From: Oligoflexales bacterium
GTDB taxonomy: Bacteria > Bdellovibrionota_B > Oligoflexia > Oligoflexales > CAIYRB01
Length of the DNA: 63,047 nt
NCBI GenBank assembly: GCA_041736175.1
Contig: JBGSUI010000136.1
Coordinates: 1 to 63,047, forward strand
Direction of reading: 5' to 3'
The notes beneath the pieces were generated by a model, which was given only the letters and a program-made list of their open reading frames with translations, was not told the DNA's origin and searched no databases. This document shows, piece after piece, positions 55,957-63,047 of the stretch. The stretch's first letter is position 1. Every line of letters starts with the position of its first letter. A program made the translations under genes and the position numbers.

Positions 55957-58485
55957 TTGAAGAAACCTGGGGACTATAACAGACTTTTAGGTGGCCTTAC
56001 ACCAAAGGATTTCCTAAAGACCTACTGGCAAAAAAAACCACTCCTCGTCCGCAAAGCTTTTCCAGACTTTAAAGACCTTCTCAGCCCTGACCAACTTGCC
56101 GGTCTTGCCATGGAGCCGGACTGTAAAGCTCGCCTTGTTTTTGAAAAGGGTCGAAAACCTTGGCGTGTGCTCCATGGTCCCTTTGAAGAAAAGACTCTCA
56201 CCAGTCTGCCTAAAACCCATTGGAGTCTCCTGGTCTCCCGGGTCAACGAATATCTGGATAGCGCCGCTGGGATGTTAGAGTGTTTTAACTTTATCCCTCG
56301 GTGGCGGACCGATGACTTGATGGTGAGTTTCGCTCCTCCCCACGGGACCGTTGGTCCCCATGTGGATAGCTACGATGTGTTTCTGATCCAAGGGATGGGT
56401 CGCCGCAGCTGGCAGATCAACCCCAAACCAGACCCCGCCATCATCGAGGGAGTGGACCTACGAGTCCTTAAACACTTTACCCCCACCGCAGAGTGGGTCC
56501 TTGAACCGGGAGACATGCTTTACCTGCCGCCAGGGGTGGCCCATTATGGCCGAGCCTTAGAAGACTGTATGACCTATTCGGTAGGCTTTAGGGCGCCGTC
56601 GAATCTCGGGATTTTAAGCGATCTGTTTAACACTCCACAGTCCTGGTTTTCACCCACACTCACCCATGAAAAGGGCCTTGAAATCCTTTATACCGATCCT
56701 GACTTGTTACCTTGCAAACACCCTGGGCTGGTTGACTCCAAAGCGATAGAGGCCTTAAGCGCCGTTGTCAGGGCCCAGGTCCTTGAGCCGGATTTTCTAA
56801 ATGCCTTTATGCTACGCCACCTGACCAAGACCGAGGAAACCCCGGTCTTTGCTGCAAAGCTGACCCCTAAAAGTCTCGAGAGCTGGAGGCAAAAATTAAA
56901 ACGATCTACCCTCACCCGCAGCCACCGCTTTCCCATAAGCTACATAGCCCCCAAAAACCACTCCTTTCCTGTCGCCGTCGGCGGACACCTGTGGGAACTC
57001 AATCAAAATCTGTTGCCCTTACTCCAAACCATCACCACCCAGCAAACCATGGAGGGGCAGGCCCTTCTTGCCCTGATCCCCGACCAGGACGCCCGCGACG
57101 CCCCAACACACAAGGCTACCTATGGCGAGAGGATCTCGGGGATTGGTTTTCTGTACCAACTCGCTCGCTGCGGAGCGGTCACTCTGGGAGTTATCTTATG
57201 CCTAGCTTTGTGGGGAGGGGCGTCACGCCTCGATGCCGCGGAGATTGTGCCTCCAGGGATTGAATCTAAGCTCTCCGCAGGTGGGGGGCAGACCACCGTA
57301 ACAGGACCCTCCTCGCTCTTTTTTAATCCTGCCAATCTCGCGATCTCCGGGACTAAGCAGCTGGATTTTGATCTTGGCGTGGCCCGTTATGAATACCGCT
57401 ACCAACACACGGACCAAACAAAATACCGACCTGTCTCCGTTGCCGACACAGCTCCGCCCCTGGGGCTGTCTTTTGCCTTCAAGCCTTTGGAGACTCTAAC
57501 GGTCGGATTTACCTTTCTGCCTACGGGAGTCGGTACTAAACAAATAATAATAGATATTCCCCTGGACCTCGGTGAAGGTATCTACCAGCTTGCTGATGTT
57601 GAATCCACAGCCTCAGGGTCTAAGCTTGGTGTTGGGGTCGCGTACCGGGTGTCGCCTCGGCTGCTCATTGGGCTTAGTGTGCAAAGGCTACAGGAAAAAA
57701 CCGCAGTCTCTATCTTTAAAGCGGCAGATGTTTACCCCTTTCTCACCATGGAAAACCAGGGTGTTTTCTACCTTCCCGCCTTAGGTCTACGCACCGATTT
57801 TGGTGTCACCGGGCTTGGTGTAGGGTTTAGCTACCGACCCGCCGTGGTGAAACGCTATAAGGGGAGATTTCTTTTTGACCTGATCGGCGATGATCAAAAA
57901 AATGGCGTCTATAAATATTTCCCTTTAAACCAAATTGATTTAGTACCTCAAACCTTAGGTCTTGGGGTGCAGTGGCGAGGGGCTCCCTGGGGAGGTTTTT
58001 TGGACTTAACCCACGAGGCATGGACCAAGGGAGGGTCGGACTTTTCCCGTGGTCTCCCGATTGCTTCCAAAGGAGCCGAGCTTAAGGATGCCTTGAATGC
58101 TTATGTAGGCGGAGAGTATCGGTGGAAAGCAGGAACGAGGATCGCGGCAGCCTATGGTTACCAGCCAGGTAACCTGGGCAATGGGGACAAGCGCAAGGGG
58201 CCTGGCAACGCTACCGCTGAGCTTCCTCTGGTTCAGGAGGCCGCCACCAAAGCCGCGACTCTCGAAGGCATGAGTTTTGGAAACACTTCTGGGATCCCCC
58301 TAAACCTGTGGTCTCTGGGATATCAGCACATTTTTGCAAAGGGCGCGGCCTGGACTCCCGCCTTTGGGGCGATCACCTTTTACGCTGTCCAGGGCCGACG
58401 CACGGTGCCCCAGGGCTTTTCCCAAGAGGGCACCTACAGTCTAAGGCTTATGATGCTGGCACTAGGCGGGGCTTGGCGCTTTTAA
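55957..58485 (+). CDS. Fusion ORF: RoxA/YcfD-like JmjC ribosomal oxygenase plus FadL-like outer-membrane barrel
   Basis: YWQKKPLL, WRTDDLMVS, VGPHVDSYDVFLIQG, LEPGDMLYLPPGVAHYG, YSVGFRAP; then signal-like GVILCLALWGGASRLDA, SLFFNPANL and terminal GGAWRF. Confidence 0.85.
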   Translation: MKKPGDYNRLLGGLTPKDFLKTYWQKKPLLVRKAFPDFKDLLSPDQLAGLAMEPDCKARLVFEKGRKPWRVLHGPFEEKTLTSLPKTHWSLLVSRVNEYLDSAAGMLECFNFIPRWRTDDLMVSFAPPHGTVGPHVDSYDVFLIQGMGRRSWQINPKPDPAIIEGVDLRVLKHFTPTAEWVLEPGDMLYLPPGVAHYGRALEDCMTYSVGFRAPSNLGILSDLFNTPQSWFSPTLTHEKGLEILYTDPDLLPCKHPGLVDSKAIEALSAVVRAQVLEPDFLNAFMLRHLTKTEETPVFAAKLTPKSLESWRQKLKRSTLTRSHRFPISYIAPKNHSFPVAVGGHLWELNQNLLPLLQTITTQQTMEGQALLALIPDQDARDAPTHKATYGERISGIGFLYQLARCGAVTLGVILCLALWGGASRLDAAEIVPPGIESKLSAGGGQTTVTGPSSLFFNPANLAISGTKQLDFDLGVARYEYRYQHTDQTKYRPVSVADTAPPLGLSFAFKPLETLTVGFTFLPTGVGTKQIIIDIPLDLGEGIYQLADVESTASGSKLGVGVAYRVSPRLLIGLSVQRLQEKTAVSIFKAADVYPFLTMENQGVFYLPALGLRTDFGVTGLGVGFSYRPAVVKRYKGRFLFDLIGDDQKNGVYKYFPLNQIDLVPQTLGLGVQWRGAPWGGFLDLTHEAWTKGGSDFSRGLPIASKGAELKDALNAYVGGEYRWKAGTRIAAAYGYQPGNLGNGDKRKGPGNATAELPLVQEAATKAATLEGMSFGNTSGIPLNLWSLGYQHIFAKGAAWTPAFGAITFYAVQGRRTVPQGFSQEGTYSLRLMMLALGGAWRF
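57599..57648 (+). repeat. 50-bp segment duplicated at 60031-60080
   Basis: 45/50 identical, no gaps, by hand alignment. Confidence 0.9.
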
Positions 58486-58497
58486 GGATTGGCTAGC
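58482..58497 (+). repeat. 16-bp copy of the 3' end of gene 62467-62877
   Basis: ttaaggattggctagc versus ttagggattggctagc (62467-62482); both read LANP* on the minus strand. Confidence 0.7.
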
Positions 58498-58715
58498 CAC
58501 TTGCAGACGTCCGTAAGCGCTAATATGAAAGTAAATTTAAGGACATGAATTTATTGATGATAAATACATATCCCCAAATAGATTCTGCCCGGTCTGAGTT
58601 GCGCGAAAATGCGAATCTGAGATTAGGTTGAAATTACAGAGCCTTCCCATAGCTCAAGTTTTGTGCTAACCTGCCGATAGGTGTATTGGTGACACCAATA
58701 GTTGAGGCTTTACCG

Positions 58716-59465
58716 ATGCGACTACGTAAGTTATTAAAAACATTAGATACAAAGACCTCTGAAGAGCTTGCGGAACTATTCGATCGGGCGGCTTGGACTC
58801 TTGGCTTCTCCTCCTTTTCGACTGCGCCCAAGACACCTTTGGATGCCGAAGCTGCAGTGGTCCTGGTCGCCTACCTCGTCAATCAACCCGAATTGCGGTT
58901 GGCCCGTTTTCTTGCTGTGCTCATGAACTGGCTCCAGACGCGGCATCACTTGCTGCATACCGCCAAGCTTCTGAAGATGGCCCAAGCAGCCGAGGCTACT
59001 CTTGGAGAAATGCCGACGCTTCGCCTGGCCCTTCATGTCCTGCGAAAGGAAGATCCGAAGAAGTTCCAAAAATTCAAACCGAATCCCCTTTCGAAGCCAT
59101 TCTACCCAGAACCTCGCTTTGCTGCTCTCGTCGATCAGAAGCTGAAAAAAGAGGGTTTCTACCTCGACCTTCCTGAAAATGCTGGATTTCGCGTGCCGAA
59201 GTCCGCGTTCCGGCCGCGTGCTAGCGACCTCCTCTCAGAGAAAGCCCTACTCAAGAGAAACGAACAGCTTCGCTTGCGACTACTCCATGGGGCGAGCTGG
59301 CGCAGTGATGCCGTCTTGCTGTTACGAGATCATCCAGAGATGACTGCCAGCGAACTGTCCGACACGCTGATGCTTAGCTATGAACCAGCTCACCGGCTGG
59401 TGGCGGAAGTAAGTCGTTACAGGTCCATGGGCTTTACTCTATCTGCTACCGGGAGTGATGGGTGA
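58716..59465 (+). CDS. Putative antitoxin/regulator with C-terminal HTH, partner of the nucleotidyltransferase
   Basis: GASWRSD...MTASELSDTLMLSYEPAHR HTH-like tail; 4-nt overlap with next gene. ATG 58716 after GAGG. Confidence 0.55.
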   Translation: MRLRKLLKTLDTKTSEELAELFDRAAWTLGFSSFSTAPKTPLDAEAAVVLVAYLVNQPELRLARFLAVLMNWLQTRHHLLHTAKLLKMAQAAEATLGEMPTLRLALHVLRKEDPKKFQKFKPNPLSKPFYPEPRFAALVDQKLKKEGFYLDLPENAGFRVPKSAFRPRASDLLSEKALLKRNEQLRLRLLHGASWRSDAVLLLRDHPEMTASELSDTLMLSYEPAHRLVAEVSRYRSMGFTLSATGSDG

Positions 59466-60034
59466 AACCTATCGACAATGGGATCATTGAGTTATTCGAT
59501 ACCCACTTGACCGACAAAGGCATGACCTATAACGCCTCAATTGTCGGTGGTGCTGCTATCATGCTTATTGCAAATGGCCAACGCCCTACGGGCGATATTG
59601 ACTCTCTGCACCAAATTCCCCAGGAAATACGCGCCGAAATAGCCGCCTTTGCCAGGGCTCATGGACTCACCCCAAAATGGTTTAACGACCACGCTTCACG
59701 AAACTTCAACGAATTCGTCCGCAAGGGAGAGGAAGTATTTGCCAGGCTCGTCTTCGATGGCAAAGCCTTAAAGCTCTATACACCGTCGATCAAGATTTTG
59801 CTTTTGTCCAAGATCTACCCGATTCTCGATCGCCCTGAAGATGGAAAAGACTTACAAGATATCGAAGCCTTGATCGACGCAAAGGTAGTCGGTCGCAACG
59901 ACTTTCAAGAGGCGGTTGCGGACTTCGAAGCCAATATTCGGTTTGAGGACGATCGAGATTTGCGCAAGGCTGCTCGCGAACTAGTTTTAGCTCTCCAGGT
60001 ATATATTGCGGACGTATTCGACGGAAAAAATTGA
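59462..60034 (+). CDS. DUF6036/AbiEii-like nucleotidyltransferase
   Basis: IVGGAA.ML, RPTGDID, WFND, LLSK, KDLQDI. Confidence 0.8.
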   Translation: MKPIDNGIIELFDTHLTDKGMTYNASIVGGAAIMLIANGQRPTGDIDSLHQIPQEIRAEIAAFARAHGLTPKWFNDHASRNFNEFVRKGEEVFARLVFDGKALKLYTPSIKILLLSKIYPILDRPEDGKDLQDIEALIDAKVVGRNDFQEAVADFEANIRFEDDRDLRKAARELVLALQVYIADVFDGKN

Positions 60035-60080
60035 ATCAACAGCGTCAGGGTCTAAGCTGGGTGTTGGGGTCACATACCGG
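60031..60080 (+). repeat. Orphan 50-bp copy of an internal piece of the FadL-like coding region
   Basis: ttgaatcaacagcgtcagggtctaagctgggtgttggggtcacataccgg; supplies the TGA stop of the nucleotidyltransferase. Confidence 0.9.
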
Positions 60081-60198
60081 ATATTTTGCAGACTTTAAAA
60101 TAATTAACGAATCGATGCGACGGCTAGCGTCAATCTTTGTGGAAGTTGTCGGGATTAAAAAACCGGTACTTTGGTCGGTACTTTCTAGACTACGACAG

Positions 60199-61095
60199 CT
60201 AATCGCCACGCTTTATCAAGCTCGAAGGATTTTTCTTAAAGTGTTGGGTAAATCTTTTTGAGAAAGCTGCAATATCTTGATAGCCCACCAGTAGCGCGAC
60301 ATCACCGACTCTATGATCACCACGCTTAAGCAGGGTCATGGCCTCATCCATGCGGCGTTTAACAATATATTCGCGCGGTGTCATCCCAAGCTCTCCCTTG
60401 AACTTTCGAAACAGAGTTGGAATACTCAAGTGGGAGAAAGCCGCGATAGCTTTGGAATCAATTTCTGAAAATAGATTGGCCTCTATGAATTTGACAGCAC
60501 GCGCCACCTCGCTGCCATCAAATCTCGCGCCTTCTTCCTGCTTTTCCTTGTACTTTGGGCAGAACATGACGCGCATCAGTTCGTCAAAAATCTGCAATAC
60601 CAATCCGTCTAGTGCATTTGGATTTCGTTTCTCGATGATGCGTTCCAGGAAGAATAAATTAAGTAGCGAATCGAGAAGCGGTGTTCTTTTGGCCTTAACA
60701 GTCTCAGCTGGAAGCGTTATCGTTTTTCCATAACGGGCCTCAAAATGCATAACGGCTCTTGCCGCCGACGGCTTGTCAGGAAAAATGGCCAGGTTGTCAT
60801 AAACAACGGAGTTGGTTTCCTGGCGATGCACGACATCTTCCGGCATCCAAAGGAACTTGGTGTCATCAACGACAAACTTCTTTGCTGGTCCTTTCGTGAG
60901 AAACGTAATAACTGAAGCCTGGCGCGGGAAGGTAAGATTCAAGCGATCATGCGAGTGATAATCCTTGGTGTAACCTATGCACCGCTCATAACCTATGCCA
61001 ATGCCGTGATCGAAATCCACAAACTGGCTTAAGAGCTGACCGTCTGGTAAGCTCTCAAAACCAGCGACAGAAATGTTACTCATTCGCTTTCTCAT
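60199..61095 (-). CDS. AraC-family transcriptional regulator
   Basis: Cupin HSHD...H; LFRKFK...GMTPREY...RM..A..LL...VA..VGY.D...FSKRF. Confidence 0.92.
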   Translation of the reverse strand: MRKRMSNISVAGFESLPDGQLLSQFVDFDHGIGIGYERCIGYTKDYHSHDRLNLTFPRQASVITFLTKGPAKKFVVDDTKFLWMPEDVVHRQETNSVVYDNLAIFPDKPSAARAVMHFEARYGKTITLPAETVKAKRTPLLDSLLNLFFLERIIEKRNPNALDGLVLQIFDELMRVMFCPKYKEKQEEGARFDGSEVARAVKFIEANLFSEIDSKAIAAFSHLSIPTLFRKFKGELGMTPREYIVKRRMDEAMTLLKRGDHRVGDVALLVGYQDIAAFSKRFTQHFKKNPSSLIKRGD

Positions 61096-61219
61096 AGGAT
61101 GAGAATCTAGGACAAATCTTTGATAGAGTCAACCTTTCCCTTACCGGGGCTTACCGGCTATACCTTGCCACCTGGAGGCAGAACTGTTTCGCCTCATTAC
61201 CTCACCCAAGGAGAACCCC

Positions 61220-61642
61220 ATGTTTACAAAGTTGATCAAAATTTCAGGTTTAGCCCTCTCATTGCTTGTTACCTCGCAAGCGTTTTCCCAATCAACCCAG
61301 GATGTGTGGCAACATCACATCAAAGCCTTTGAGGACCGCGATTTGGACGGCATCACCGCTGATTATACTAATGACTCAGTGCTCATTCTCAACGGAAAGA
61401 CCTTCCAGGGAATCGGATCCATCAAGAAAGCCTTTTCGCAGCTCTTCCGTATCTTTGATCAAGGGAACAATAAAATCGATCCGACAGTCATCTCTGGCCG
61501 CATCGTCTACATCACCTGGCACTTTACTCTAAACGGCCAAGATGAGTTTTTCGGAAGTGATTCCTTCGTCATCGAGCACGGTAAAATAGCTGTTCAAACT
61601 ATTGCCTCGCCTCTCTATGACGCAATGCCAGTCACTCCATAA
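61220..61642 (+). CDS. Secreted SnoaL/NTF2-like protein
   Basis: Signal peptide, HHIKAF..RDLDGI.ADY..D, GSDSFVIEHGKIAVQT. Confidence 0.8.
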   Translation: MFTKLIKISGLALSLLVTSQAFSQSTQDVWQHHIKAFEDRDLDGITADYTNDSVLILNGKTFQGIGSIKKAFSQLFRIFDQGNNKIDPTVISGRIVYITWHFTLNGQDEFFGSDSFVIEHGKIAVQTIASPLYDAMPVTP

Positions 61643-61657
61643 TCTAGTGAGGAAATT

Positions 61658-62458
61658 ATGAATCTCGAATTATCAGGAAAAACAGCTCTTGTTACAGGCT
61701 CAACAGCGGGCATTGGAGTCTCCATCGCGACATCGCTTTTTCGCGAAGGCGCAAAAGTCATTATTAACGGACGAACTAAGGAGCGTGTTGAACAAGCTAT
61801 CAGCTTGCTTGCCGCCGTTGATCCAAGCCGAAAGGGCGAGATCCATGGAATAGTTGCAGACCTTTCCACACCCGTTGGTATCAAAACCCTTAAAGATTCT
61901 GTCATTCATGTAGATATTCTCATCAATAACCTTGGTATTTTTGAGTCTAAACCCTTGATTGATGTCGCAGAAGATGATTGGGCGCGGATGTTTAACACCA
62001 ACGTCGTGAGCGGTGCGCTGGTTTCCCAGCACTTTATCCAAGGTATGCGGGAAAGGAACTGGGGACGCATCATTTTCATAGCCAGCGAGTCCGCGGTTAA
62101 CATTCCCGCTGACATGATTCCCTATGGTGTGAGTAAGGCCGCACAAATTGCACTGGCTCGCGGACTGGCGGAAACAACCGCCGGCACCGGCATAACAGTC
62201 AATTCGGTGCTTCCTGGGCCGACGTATTCCGAAGGCATAAGCAAATTCCTGGAGGAATTGCCTTTAGATCATGGTCAAGACCGCGCCGCCCTTGAACGGG
62301 ATTTTCTGGCGAAGCTGCGGCCCACGTCCCTCTTGAAACGTTTTGCCACGGCAGATGAAGTGGCCTCACTTGTGACCTATGTGTCAAGTCCACTTTCATC
62401 CGCCACAAATGGTGCCGCACTTCGTGTTGAAGGCGGACTCCTGCGTAATATTTTTTAA
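61658..62458 (+). CDS. Classical short-chain dehydrogenase/reductase
   Basis: TGSTAGIG, NNLG, YGVSK, NSVLPGPT, ALRVEGG. Confidence 0.92.
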   Translation: MNLELSGKTALVTGSTAGIGVSIATSLFREGAKVIINGRTKERVEQAISLLAAVDPSRKGEIHGIVADLSTPVGIKTLKDSVIHVDILINNLGIFESKPLIDVAEDDWARMFNTNVVSGALVSQHFIQGMRERNWGRIIFIASESAVNIPADMIPYGVSKAAQIALARGLAETTAGTGITVNSVLPGPTYSEGISKFLEELPLDHGQDRAALERDFLAKLRPTSLLKRFATADEVASLVTYVSSPLSSATNGAALRVEGGLLRNIF

Positions 62459-62466
62459 ACGAAAGG

Positions 62467-62910
62467 TTAGGGATTGGCTAGCGGTAATTGGGGAGCATAG
62501 GATTTCACCAAATCCAGGGCGATGTCGCCATAGGATGAGATATCGGTACAGGCCGTCGTTTTTATCTCTTTGGGATCAAGGCATGCAAACTGGGATATAG
62601 ACTCCTCGGCGAGAAGACTTTCCGCTCCATTGCCGATAAAAAACCAATTCCGCAACTCGATTTTGACAGGGTCTTCTATTTTTTGAGAGCCGTCCTCAAA
62701 GGTCACCCAATATTGCACGATGGGTTGGGTATCACAGGGCTCATAGGTGCTGCCGTGGTCTAGGATGACAGCCTTGGCAGCAAAGTGCTGTGAGTCTTGA
62801 AACCCCTCCAGCGCCACATCCTTGACGTCTGCCCAGTAGGGCTCGGACCCATCAAATTTGGTGCAGTCCCGGTACATGCCTTTATGGGCAATGACTTCCT
62901 TGACATTGAA
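62467..62910 (-). pseudogene. 5'-truncated hypothetical gene
   Basis: Frame open from 62910 (FNVKEVIAHKGMYRDC...) behind an in-frame TAG at 62911-62913; no convincing start or signal; its 3' tip is duplicated at 58482-58497. Confidence 0.5.
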
Positions 62911-63047
62911 CTAAGCGCGCTCGCGCGCAGTCCTATCCCGAGCTTCCGGGTAGATTGTAGCTTTCCTTACGGCATCATCTCGGCACATTTTATTCATTCC
63001 ACAGTCTTTTGCAATTCAGAGTACATTTCAATATAGCCAATTTTTGC

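Noticed and set aside
145..63036. Numerous 60-190 aa ORFs in the track that lie antisense or frameshifted within larger genes
   Set aside because: Shadow ORFs with no motifs or RBS support, overlapping well-supported CDSs.

Overview
A 63-kb bacterial chromosomal segment, about 50 CDSs, with no rRNA, tRNA, CRISPR array, transposase or integrase recognised. Gene content (short flagellin, GldAFG/PilHIG-like ABC system, many secreted lipoproteins and beta-barrels, trypsin-like protease, many atypical kinases) suggests Bdellovibrionota/Oligoflexia; this is inference only. The backbone carries fliC, fliD, fliS, flgE, plsC, coaBC, a stand-alone rplX, dsbD and maiA. The strongest candidate for an undescribed system is an AT-richer ~9-kb island (11918-20882) bounded by a 25/27-bp direct repeat. 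It encodes one tightly coupled operon: sigma54 response regulator, heme-oxygenase-like diiron oxidase (HDO) with an N-terminal HisKA-like His domain, MFS exporter, ATP-grasp ligase, SDR, LivJ-like periplasmic binding protein and membrane hybrid kinase. This looks like a self-contained make-export-sense-respond small-molecule signalling module. Second, three accessory insertions are bordered by four slightly diverged duplicate pieces of neighbouring host genes, with no integrase, pointing to a recurrent integrase-independent gene-capture route. Also notable: a complementary His-less/ATPase-less CHASE2 kinase pair behind an orphan radical SAM/SPASM maturase, a RoxA(YcfD)-FadL-like in-frame fusion, and unannotated small basic ORFs. 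All calls come from motif reading; no searches were run.
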